Source of the DNA: Balanoglossus misakiensis
Taxonomy: Eukaryota > Animalia > Hemichordata
Direction of reading: 5' to 3'
Assembly (NCBI GenBank): GCA_040954595.2
Contig: CM082577.2
Span: 19,442,303 to 19,506,302, forward strand
DNA: 64,000 nucleotides
The notes below the pieces were generated by a model. It was not told the origin of the DNA. It searched no databases and saw nothing but the letters and a program-made list of their open reading frames with translations. Position numbers and translations under genes: made by a program. Positions within the stretch are counted from its first letter, which is position 1; the number at the start of each line of letters is the position of its first letter. Below, in pieces: positions 28,959 through 40,805 of this stretch.

Positions 28959-29749
28959 GGGCTTGTAAAAAAATATAATATTTAATTATCGGAAGAATAG
29001 TGGGTGGTCGAACTAATGGTGTCGTTAAACCAATGGCACAATTACGGTATTAAGATTCAAGATGCATGGTCAATTGTTTTACCTAATTTTTTTTGAATGA
29101 CATAATAATGTTTTTAACCCCAAAACGCCACCATTTCCATGGTCAATAAAATATGCAACTGAAACAAATGTTCAGATACTCAGCTTCCAGAATATGCATA
29201 GTTTATAATTATAGGGGTTTAAAGCCTCTAGAGCTGCCAAATGACACATTTTTTCATGATTTTTCTTTCAAACTTGGAAATCAAAAGAAATAAGCTTACC
29301 GATATGTATATATTATGTCTTATCAAAATTTGATTGTGACGGTACATAGCAATTCGAAACGGTGCTCGATTAAAACAGTGCTGCACCATTTTAATCAATG
29401 TCCAGTTAACCTCCATGGCACAGTACACAATTATCGTGGAATGTGTGCATGCGTATTTAAATCTTCACAATTTCTAAATGGTGTCGACAATCAGGAATCA
29501 TAGACACCCAGCTACTACAAGTTCCGCCAAAACGAGATGACAGCTACACAGTAATGAATTGCTGCAAACTTTACATTTGGTAGTCAGAAAAATTCAACCC
29601 TAGTAGTAAAATTTGGTTGGTTGTCAATTTGAGTAAATAGAGAAACGGAGAGAATTCCACTAGACTGTCACCTCGGACCACCGGCGGAAATTTAACCCCT
29701 ACAGAGTTATCACAATCACATTTTATTTTAGAGAACAGCAATGGTTTAC

Positions 29750-29818
29750 CTTAATACAACTGAAATCTACCAATGCCCACAACCTGATACTGCCATCTCC
29801 TGAAGAGGTTGCCAATAC
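29750..29818 (-). CDS. TBL3: TBL3 exon (VLATSSGDGSIRLWALVDFSCIK)
   Basis: Manual translation; matches VLATASADGTIKLWALQDFSCLK; CAG/GTAAA boundaries. Confidence 0.95.
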
Positions 29819-29935
29819 CTGTGAATAGATAATACATAAAAAAGATTACACCAAACAAATAATGATGACACAAAGCAAAGCCTGAATGTTTAATTTTATA
29901 TCACTGTCCTGAAAGTAGAGGCGATACAGCCATAC

Positions 29936-30097
29936 CTGATCCACTGGTGAGAACTGAACACACCAAATACCACGTCTATGACCTCTAAACACACCCTGTA
30001 GTGCTGCTGTGTCTGCATTCCATAGTTTTGCTGATCTGTCTTGAGATCCAGATGCTATTAATTTATCATTGGGTGACACTGCAACCGAATTGATATC
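29936..30097 (-). CDS. TBL3: TBL3 exon (DINSVAVSPNDKLIASGSQDRSAKLW...GHRRGIWCVQFSPVDQ)
   Basis: Highly conserved TBL3 WD repeat; CAG/GTATG boundaries. Confidence 0.96.
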
Positions 30098-30518
30098 CTG
30101 GTAAAGTCAAAAAGAAAAAAAATTAAATGTCATAAAAATGTTAATTAATCAATAAACATACTGATTTAAACATGCCTACTACAAATCGGTGGCTTATTTT
30201 AAAGATGCTTATATACAAAACATCAACCTTCACCATTATCCTGAACACTTCAGTCTAGGATGTAACCTAGTATACTGTGTTTAGAATATGCCAGACCAAT
30301 GGGAGAAGTGTCGTTTGTATGTTGCACACGCAATTATTCACTTTTTCTAGTGGCCTATTTTTGTGCCATGCTTGCCCACACTACTGGAGCAAATCAATTT
30401 TACTTGAAATAAACATGGGAAAAAACTATAACTATATTATATCAACGATTGATTTTGTGACATATCTGTGTCATTTTCTTAACATAACAGTGTCAGAAAA
30501 ATGAGTTTTGAACGTTAA

Positions 30519-30864
30519 AGGGACAAAGTCTCTCTCTCGCTGCCCTTTTTTCCATTAATTATATTGATACAAGACACCGTTTGTTATTCTACATGTGGAT
30601 ATATAGTGAATGAACATTCAACCACACACAACTTCCATCCCTCTTATAGACAGGATAGTGAAAAAACTCGCCAGAATGAATAATCGTTCTTTACCATTTA
30701 TTCATTTTGGGCGAGTTTTTACTCTCATGTCATACAAGTGGGATGGAAGTTTTGTGTGATTGATCATTGATTCACTATATATCCACATTTACATTAACAT
30801 AACCAGTGTCTTGTATCAAACATAATTAATGGAAAAGGGGCAGCTGGAGAGAGACTTTGTCCCT
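30519..30864. mobile_element. Fold-back MITE with TTAA TSD (Kolobok-like)
   Basis: TTAA-AGGGACAAAGTCTCTCTC...GAGAGAGACTTTGTCCCT-TTAA; second copy at 53472-53827. Confidence 0.85.
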
Positions 30865-30973
30865 TTAACTTACTAACTGCCTTCATTCCATATTAAAACC
30901 GTATTAGTAAATTACAACATTTTACATGTGAACTTGACAACATACTAACAGTTACAGCTTTTTTCTACTTTAA

Positions 30974-31592
30974 AGGGGAAATCCGTCGTAGCTGATTTCT
31001 ACATAATTTGGTAGCTTTGATGTCACTCTTTCAGAAAAAAAACATATTCGCCATGTATAGGTCGCGCGATTTTTTACAAAATCTAGGGAAAGTTGGCAGA
31101 ATTTCCAATATGGCGTTTACTGTAATTTGAATCATGGGAAAAAAGCGCCAGGACCAACTTCCGCCCACCATGGTGTGGGTGATACCATTCTCCGATAGGT
31201 GTCACTGGGCGACAGACTAGGCGTATTTTCATAGCTATTGTTTGTTCTTTGCATCAGTTGATAAACAATCATCAGCAAAGTCGAAAATTTGTCATCTATT
31301 GACAGTTTTCATGAGCTATAACCCATTGAAAATATGCAAATACGCTTAGCTTGTGACGCAGTGACACCAATCGGAAAATGGTATCACCCACACTAAGGTG
31401 GGCGGAAGTTGGTCCTGGCGCTTTTTTTCCCATGATTCAAATTACAGTAAACGCCATATTGGAAATTCTGCTAACTTTCCCTAGATTTTGTAAAAAATCG
31501 CGCGACCTATACATGGCGAATATGTTTTTTTCTGAAAGAGTGACATCAAAGCTACCAAATTATGTAGAAATCAGCTACGACGGATTTCCTCT
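30974..31592. mobile_element. Fold-back MITE with TTAA TSD (Kolobok-like), followed by a truncated tandem copy (31597-~31993) sharing the TTAA
   Basis: ~230-bp near-perfect inverted repeats AGGGGAAATCCGTCGTAGCTG...CAGCTACGACGGATTTCCTCT. Confidence 0.88.
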
Positions 31593-33622
31593 TTAAAGGG
31601 GAAATCCGGTCTAGCTTATTTCTACATAATTTGGTAGCTTTGAGGTCACTCTTTCAGAATAAAACATATTCGCCATGTATAAGTCGCACAATTTTTTTAC
31701 AAAATCGAGGGAAAGTTGGCAGAAATTCTAATATGGCGTTTACTGTAATTTGAATCATGGGAAAAAAAGAGCCAGGACCAACTTCCGCCCACCTTGCAGT
31801 TGGTGATACCATTTTCCGATTGGTGTCACTGCGTGACAGGCTAAGCGTATTTGCATATTTTTGATGGGTTATCTCATGAAAACTTTCAACAGATGACAAA
31901 TTTTCGACTTTGCTCCTGATTGTTTATCAACTGACGCAAAGTACAACCAATAGCTATACAGAAACACATAGTCTGTCGCCCAGTGACACCAATTGCAATT
32001 TGAGTGAAATTGCGATTTGAGTCGAGTGAAATTGCGAATTGAGTGAAATTGCGATTTGAGTCGAGTGAAAATGGCCCCATTTGAGCGCCATATAGCCCTA
32101 GAGCTAAATTATATTTTAATTTATAATTTAACGTGAAAGTCATCTACAACATAGTTTCGGGGGTTGGGAAGTTAAAATGTACAGGCCGCACGCAGTAGTA
32201 TCAGCTGTTATCCTAGTGTTTTGACTGAACGTGCATGCTATGGAGGCTTGGACGTGCATGTATCGGCCAGGTGGGCTGCTAAAAAGGGGGCGATTGTTGC
32301 CCTTTGAACTTGTCACAAGGGGTGCTTCAAGTGTAAAAGGGAGGGAATCGCGCGTCCTGTAGAAAACACTGCACATGGCAAAGTGCCAAATATTCTCACA
32401 GAGCAGTTCCAAATTAAAATGTTCGTAAATTCAACAGTGTTTTCATTTTATTTATGTGGTTTAACCTGACTGTGGCTTAACCCCACATTTCTGCTGCTGC
32501 ATGCTATTTCAGGGGCTCGTTTTACCCTCGCTGGATTGAGCTCTCTCCCAATCAGAATGGCTGACGGTACCATGATATAATAGAATTGAAGTTTATTCCT
32601 AAACTAATTTCTGTTACATTAGAATACTTGCGCACCAAACTTTCGGGAATTAACACCTCAGGCTCCGTAATTGCAAGATTAGAACTTTTCGCTCAGACTG
32701 TCATGTGACTAAAGTCACAGGACCCCGGCCCTAGCTCTTCAGATTATACTTCACCAGAGACTGCATGAATGCACTCTTTTAGAGTACGACAGCTAGGGAA
32801 TGATAATTCCACAAATAAAAAAACCCAGATAACTGCCAGGTGCTAAATGAACAAGAACTGTGATCCATATGTTCGCAGAAAAAATAATACACCCACCAAA
32901 ATACTAACACAGTCAAAAAACTGCCCATAGGGGCCTGTCTGTCAACGGACCTCCTAAACTGGCTGTAATAGACAGGTGGTCTAAATAGACAAGTAAATAA
33001 ATGCACATGTAAATTGTGCAGGTAGACAAAAACAAAGTGACCATAATATAGAGGAGATCACTCCTATAGAGGTGATCACCAACACAGGCTTGGATTGGGG
33101 ATCTGGTCCCCCCCCCCCCCCATCTTGTTCATATACGCCACCACTGTAGCATTGTCTGAATTGACCAGAACATGCTGGTTGGTGACCGACCGCTGAAAAC
33201 ATTTGAGAGCCAGAAACACTGCTTGAAGTTCCAACCAATTAATGTGATGCTCTTGTTGGTCGACTGACAAACTGCCCGATGTAGTCAGTTTGTCCAGATG
33301 CGCTCCCCAACCTGTTGTTGATGCATCCGTGTTCAGAAACTAAGTGGGCGGTGGTACCCGTAGGGGAACACCTTTCAGCAGATTCTCTGTGTTTAGCCAC
33401 CACCATAGGTGGACACGGAGAGCCGGTCGTACATGAATAATCTGATCTATCGGCAGTCGAGATGGCCGCCAAAGGGCCAGTAAGTACAGCTGAATTGGTC
33501 GAAGACGCAGGCGTGCCCAGGGAATGACTGGCAACATAGACACCATCACCCTGATACTGCGTGATAGCTTCCAACAGGAGCCTGACCGGGATAAATGTAC
33601 GAGACAGGATAGATTTGATGAC

Positions 33623-34278
33623 TAATAGAATCTCACACTCCCAAGGACCTGGGATCGTATTTCTCACACTCGTTGGGGATATTTTGTTCCACACGAGCCG
33701 CAGGCGAGTGTGGGACAAAAAATCCCCAACTCGTGTGAGAAATACGATCCCAGGTCCTTGGTGTGTGAGATTCTTTTTCTTACACGACCAGAAATTTGCG
33801 ATATTAACGTTTATTTACAATAAAAGAACTAAATCTACAAAAAATATCAACTGATAACTGCATGACCAGTCATATGTTGATCCGCCCCGCAAAACATAGT
33901 CCCCATTTCATCACGAGTTTACAGTACACACATGCTCTAAAAATGTGCTCAACACATTTATTTAAAATATGGAGATTGTTTCCAGTGGCATAAATTCACG
34001 CGATATCTAGAAAATACAGCTGTTTTTTTTTTTGGTCCGTCGCCAACCACGTACACCACTGTTGTCTGCACATGACCTGATCACATTGTAGTTCGGGTTT
34101 GTGTACAACACATCACACAATTGGATAATATTTGCTCGTTCTGAGGGGTATGAATATCATTATCCAATCAGAGCTCGTGTCAGATAACAGTTGTCTGTGT
34201 GCGCATTAACACAGAATGTGGGATCAATTTGATCCCACACTCTCTATCCCACACTCCCAGCGGCCAGGAGTGTGAGAA
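33623..34278. mobile_element. Palindrome-ended non-coding element inserted without TSD into the DIRS fragment
   Basis: ~150-bp palindrome 33626-33772 (also at 19402-19551); empty site GATGAC|AGCCAA seen in the full DIRS at ~57210. Confidence 0.85.
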
Positions 34279-34337
34279 AGCCAAATGTCTGTCTACTCGA
34301 TCCGGGGTAGGGCAAACAATTCCTGCGTGTTTCATAA

Positions 34338-34530
34338 TAGTGCAGCAGCTTAACCCCAAGTTTTAGCATAATTAATGGTGGGAACGTGTGAATGTCAGTT
34401 TCTGACCACTAGAGGGCGCTGTATTTTGGGATCCATATTGGAAAATGTCCGCCATGGGTCAATGAATAATTGTACCAATTTTCATGCTTTTAACCCAAAG
34501 TGCACAATTTTTTGGTTAACTGCCCCACTA
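34338..34530. mobile_element. Academ-like MITE (TAG...CTA termini, 3-bp TAA TSD)
   Basis: TAGTGCAGCAGCTTAACC / GGTTAACTGCCCCACTA; empty site TCATAAGTCTC in the full DIRS. Confidence 0.8.
34403..34421 (+). promoter_or_regulatory. CTCF consensus-like motif inside the Academ-like MITE
   Basis: TGACCACTAGAGGGCGCTG vs consensus TGGCCACCAGGGGGCGCTA; binding not demonstrated. Confidence 0.45.
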
Positions 34531-37500
34531 TAAGTCTCATCCCAACAAATACCATGTCTTGTGAAGGGATGAGGGCTGACTTCTCCAGACTCGGAATAAG
34601 TCCGAGGCGAAGGAGAATGGACCAAGCTAGAAAGACATGTTTCTCGAGTACGTCTCTTCTTTGATTGGGCAGCAGCCAATCGTCGAGGTACGGATGCGTT
34701 GTGACAGATTGGCGATGAAGAAACCCTACTAGCTGTAACACTACTCTGGTAAACATGCGAGGTGCTGACGCTAGGCCGAACGGAAGAGCCGTGTATTTGT
34801 AAACGATTCCGTTTACTGAAAACCGGAAGTATTTTCTGAAATCCTCGTGGATCGCGATGTGAAAGTATGCGTCCTTGAGATCTATGGCCGGGTTGTACAG
34901 CGGCCAGTATGGACCGAGTGGTTTCCATGGACAACGATTCTATGCGGAGAAACCGATTTAAAGGTCTTAGATTTAGAATCGGCCACCACCCCCCTGTCTT
35001 TTTGGGAACGAGAAACAAGTGGTTGTAAAAGCCAGGTCCGTCTATAGATAACAGCCCTTGCACTGCTTCGGCAATTGCCGACGTGCGTGGCCCTGCCCGA
35101 TTGGCAAACCGCGCTGGGTCCCAAGATAACGGAGGGTCGGTTGAAAACTCTGGTTTGAACCTGTATTGAACGACTGACAACACCCATTGGTCGTCTGTCA
35201 CTTTCTGCCATTTGTTGGCAAAGAGACGAAGGTGCCCTCCCACTTGAATGTCCAGTGATGGAATGGGAGGTAGCGATATTGGGTAGTCAGGAGCGCTGAC
35301 CTTTCTGGCCAGATGCTGTAGGTGTCGAAGTATGTCAACAGAAACGATCAAATGATTGCCTCCCAGAAGTTCAATTTACGCGATTTGCGCCACAACTCCG
35401 GCAGCGGACTTTGACCCTCACACTCACTACTGTGTGCGCGGCCTCATTAGCATAAATTAATCGGCCATAATCCCAGTCACTTCCAGCGGTAGTACTCGCT
35501 GAAATACGTAAACACTGAGTCCAGTGAGTTTTTCACGAAAGGAGTTTTGGGACCAGAAATAATCAGAGTTCAGGCTTGTATAGGTCGTTTTATTGAATTA
35601 TGCTCACTTTGCTTTCTGTTGCCGTTCAAATGTCCCTACACAAGTCGGGTCGTTGCAACTACACGATATAGAATGGGGTTTGCCCGCAGCTAGCTGTCCG
35701 TGGGAGTAATCAGCCCCTGCATGGAAACCATGTCGATCCGAACATATCAGCATTATATCAGATCATTTCACAACCAAAACGTGACACAGAGATGCATTCG
35801 ATCATCGCTGCGATTTTTTTTCTGATTTTATTTTTATTCATTGTCAACCCGCAACCCGCAGCCCGCAGCCCGCAACCCACACATTAATCACTTTCGGGTA
35901 TTACCATTGCATTAACAGATTGTCCAAGGATCCGCAATACCGTGCGGTCAATTGGGACAGTTTTAAATGCTCCAGCTTGATTATCCACTTTGACGACGTC
36001 CTCATCTAATTTAGGGAGGCCGGTCCGGGGGGAGGGGGTGGGGGGGTGGGGGGTTGACTCATGAACGCTGCCCTCTAGTGGCTACTAAATTGACCAATCA
36101 GAGTGCAGCATTCTGACTCACTCATATGCGCGTCTTGTCGACAGTAAAGGCTCGAAAAACCCCGTTTTTGAACAGAATGTGATCATAGAAATAAATCACG
36201 ATCACAAATTTAGAAAGTTACATTATGTGTGAAACACCAGACATTTTTTCCCGTATGATACTGCATCTGTGTTTATTTTACAGAGAGTTGAAATTGACAT
36301 ACCCAATCTTAAAGTAGGACCTTAAAAAAGTTAATTAGCTGTGTTTTGGGCATTATTGCATGAAAACGGTCAGGCGATATCCATTTAAAAAGCATTTTTG
36401 AGTTTTTCTTCATCATAACAATTTAAAAACATGAAAGCGCCACTAAGCGCCTCTTTCTAAAACCCCGTATGACCGTGTTGAATTACACGCCCGAAAGTGG
36501 GTAGTATTTCTGTGACTCCCATAGACAATGTGTTTGGCACACGGGCATTACAGTGTACGCTGCTCGAGTAACAGATACAAACAGGCGCAAATTATTTTGT
36601 CTACGCAATATTCCAAGAATCGTGATCAAGTATCTTACAAAATACCAAAATCACTCATGGCCCTGCGTTAGACCTAGCTATATATCAGGGCTATATATAG
36701 CGAACAAGGTCGCCTGAGTCCGCTCAGAAGTAGCAGTACTAACAGAGTGTGGAGACGTCGACGTGAGACACAACACCGGTAACAAATCGTTACGGCACTT
36801 AATCTTCTCGGTTCGGCCTTTAATTTACACATACCCTGCCGTTTCGGCCCAGACGCAAACCAATTCTGCAACTTGCAGTTCAGTAAAGTTGGCGAACGGG
36901 ATAGGCCTAGTCCAGGAACGCCGGGAGCAGGGCTAGTGAACGGGACAAAACGACATACTACTAGTAATAAAAGCGAGCGTGTTGTCAGATCGGTGGGACT
37001 GTCATATCATGAAGAAATTACGATCCCGGGATTACGATAGGCATGAAGGGGCATTATAACGTGCGAGCGTGAAACTGACATGGAAATGATCGACAGTACG
37101 GTATAGCACAGTGACAGTGGGTAGAGCGAGCGTGTTGCATTTTACCACGTTTGTTTACAACACACAGTGACTTGACCTGCGGTCGCCAAGCAGTTTACGA
37201 TCTCGTGGATCGTGGTTGGACTGACAAAAATGACAAAGAAACAGAAACAAATTAGGAAGTATTATAGGTCTGTCTCCTCGAAGTCGCATATTGTGCAAAA
37301 CACAAGGCGCATCAGACGTGTTGCCCAGACACCGGAAGTTAGCAGTTCGCTTGCCTGGTTTGAAATGTGCGGCTGTGGTAGAAAATTACCCACTGTACTT
37401 TGCGGCGTGAGTCGCCCCCCCTGCCTCGCTTGCTAACCTTCGTGTTTCTCTCAACTGATTCCATAAGGTCCCATGGTATACATTATTGACCTCAGAGTAA

Positions 37501-38981
37501 ATGCTTCATGAAAAAAAGAACATATCACCAAATAACTATTATTTGTCGTTCATTTTAATTTATTTTCAAGTATTTCAGAGAGGTTGGTTTATTGAACAGG
37601 GGCACACGTAGCCATGCGTCCAGGTCTGTGTGTTCACGTTGTTACACGGCCTCCACTGTGATGGCAGAGGCCACGTAATGCCACAAACACACAGACCTGT
37701 ATGCGGGGCTAGAGACACACGAGTTTGGTTAGGTATTTTGGCCTTTTGTTTTGTGGTATACAGCAATTTAGGAGGAAGGTTTTATAATGTACTCGAATAG
37801 TGCACCTCTCAACAATCGTTTTGTCAGCTCTTCTGCACTGTCACCTATGTAAAAGCCAACGTTGCAGATCTGCGCCATACCAAATCGTCTTGACATGAAC
37901 TTCGCATCTTTCTTGGGTTTCAAAAGGAATTCCCCCTTCACTTTGAGATGAGAGTCATTACTCTTGCCAGAAAGTTGGCACTACCTCCTCTTTACACTTT
38001 TTACCCTTCATATGTTAGTGCGGCGGCATTTTTATCAAAGATATTGTCAGCATCTCTTCGAAGTTCATGCCGCTCGCCAAATCTCAGCTGTGATTTGCCG
38101 TAGTGGGACAAACCAACAGCATAGACTCATTGTATGATGACCGTTTTTATGATGTTGTAGCTGTGATTAAAATCTGATAGAACACTGATTTTACAGAAGG
38201 ATGTATGGGGATATTATAGCATATTTTATCCAATCAGAATTATAGTAAATTCTGTATATGTAAATACCAATACCGATCCAACCAATGCTTTGCCCCCTCC
38301 ACTTTTCCAAAACAAAACTACCATAGTCAAATCAAAGTCCCCTTTTCATGAGTTCGACATCTGTCAATGAGCTTTATAATCTGTAGTTTCTCTCCAGGAA
38401 AGGAAACAACTGTTGTCTAAACAGGTGTTACCCCGGTAGTACTTGCCATGATTCATGTACACCCACACACCTCAAACAGAAAAAAATAGCGATCACCGAA
38501 TGGGTCAGCGACCTCCATTCTATTCTGAGTGAGGCTGTAATTGTGTTGCGTAAGTATTTTTTTAATATAAATTTTATCATTTTAATCCACCGTGGCTTTT
38601 AGTTATACCAGTGTGACTAGGTAGTAGAAATGGTGGGTTGAAATAACCATGGTTATACATGTATTTTGACATTTGTTTTTTAGTTCGGTTTGCTTTATCT
38701 GTGTGTTTGGATGAGGAAACTGTCAGTAGAGTCTGACAGAATTGTCTATGTTTTTCCAACAGTATCTGTTGACTAATTTAAAGTGCTGTTGAGGACTGTA
38801 AATCAGGATTTGCAAAATTAGATAATATTTGAAAATAGTTAATATGATTTCATTCTTCATTTGATGCATTGACGTTTTAGGTTTGAATACCTCAGTTTTC
38901 ATTTGACAGTCACAGAGAGGCATAAACAAAAAAGCTGCAATCATGCGTTAACATTTACCATGTATCTGAATTTTTTTTACA

Positions 38982-39214
38982 GTGAGCATGGAACATGCAA
39001 ACATTGTGTTGCATTGTTGTTTAGCATCAACGACTTCGATAGACGCCACAAAGACAGAAATATTCAAGTTGGTACTGATGTTCCCTGTAAGTGGGATAAA
39101 CCCCGCAAAGAGTCCACTCCTATGGAAATAGATGAGCTTGCAATTAGAAAGGATAAGTCTGAACCTGACACACCAAGACCAACAATGTCCAACTATTATC
39201 CAGGTGCCATTTGA
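38982..39214 (+). pseudogene. SWIM zinc-finger exon relic of a DNA transposon accessory protein
   Basis: Acceptor TTTTTTTACAG, then GTCKHCVALLF...TDVPCKWDKPR, as in SWIM+YqaJ proteins of ISL2EU/Kolobok-type elements. Confidence 0.65.
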
Positions 39215-39364
39215 TGTCCCATACCGTAAACTATCTTCGGGGCGAGAACAATAGAAAGTGCCAAATACAGGCGTTGCATGTATGATAAGAAATTATATCC
39301 TAAATTTCAAAGCAATCAGAGAAAAAAATTCAAAGCAATCCAACAAGCAGTTTCACAGAAAATA

Positions 39365-39920
39365 TTTGTTCAATTGAGGGATTACACAAGAAAAAGTCTA
39401 CACTGGAGTACATGGCCATATACAGACAGACAGACACACACACACACACACACACACAGCGAGAGATCAATGGGCAAGCACTGACTGACCCATAAGCTGC
39501 CAATGGCATATGTACTGTACATACACTAAATAGAATAGCTGGCCTCTTTAAAACTTAGCCAGTTATGTAATCATTCAGGAATTTGCTGTGTATATCAATC
39601 ACACTGAGGGGGCTTCCTGCCTAATTAAAACAACTCAATAATTAAAAGTAAATACACACCACTTTCCAAAGCAATCTGCCCTGTCCAGTAGTTCTCGAGT
39701 TACTGAGTTTTGACCAAATTCACATTTGCATATTTTTGGCAATGACAACTTCATTTGAACAAACTCCCATCTACAGCCCAGCCTGCATCTGCACACCAAA
39801 TATCAAGGTGATACACGCAGTGGTTTTCAAGTTTTTTATGTGGACGGACATACAGACATACATACATACAGACGCAACCGATCCCATAAGGTCCCATGGT
39901 ATATACCAATGGGACCTAAA
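39365..39920 (-). mobile_element. HINE-like family 4 copy
   Basis: Same sequence; hairpin at 39889-39917. Confidence 0.75.
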
Positions 39921-40805
39921 AATTCCCCGCCCATTTATTGAGTAAAAAGTAGCAAAGTCAGGTATCACTGGCGCCTTATCATTTATCTGAACCCAGGGAG
40001 TGGGTGTGGCTTGGGCAGGGCCGTAGCATGGCGATCGCAAATGTATGCGTAACTCTAGGTTACGTTATCACCCATGAGTTTATCTGCTTTGTCTTGAGGC
40101 AATAGTATAATCCAAGACAGAGTAACATAACAGAAAAATTGCCTCATTCATGGAGCATGACTTAATGCGACGGCCGAAAGCCCATGTTGACTGAGTGTGG
40201 TCTATGTGTATCATTCAAAAACACGGAATGAATGAACGAATAAACAAACAGACGAGCGCTTATGACTGTACAGTCGTAGTACACGTTTTGACTGTCAATG
40301 CGGGTTTCCTATGCTGGACTGAAATGTAGGAACAAAGTCGTTTGATAGACTGTTACGCCTACTGCAGTAAATAAGCCATCGTCACGTGCTGGGTTTTTGA
40401 AATGTAGAACAAGTAACTTCGTAGGACTTCATATGATGATATACTAGTAGTTCACATACAAAATTGTGAAAAAAATAGATCCAGACTGTGATACAGAGAA
40501 TTTCAGGTTGTGTGAAACTTTACTAGTATGGCGAATGTCTGGCTATGTATAGCTTCGCAGCCTGGTAGAGGAACTGTGATTTGACTCATGAACTGCACGC
40601 AACGTTAGTTACGCGGGTTGCTTTGATAGTGGAGTTATGTTTATCCCATTGAATTTCTTCCCCCGCCCGACAAATAGAAAATTGAATACCTGATAACATA
40701 TCAAGTACTTTAGCTTGTGAAAACGGTCGTCATTTCTATTTTGATTTATCGGGACGCTCCTGTCAATAGCCTTGGCCAAACAATAGTTACGATGACAAGT
40801 GGAAA

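Larger units (their letters stand above)
32584..36022 (-). mobile_element. Internally deleted, interrupted second copy of the same DIRS family
   Basis: Same left terminus, then RNase H (33097-33622), RT (34279-35331) and gag fragment (35903-36022), all closely similar to 54273-58725; three nested insertions. Confidence 0.93.
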
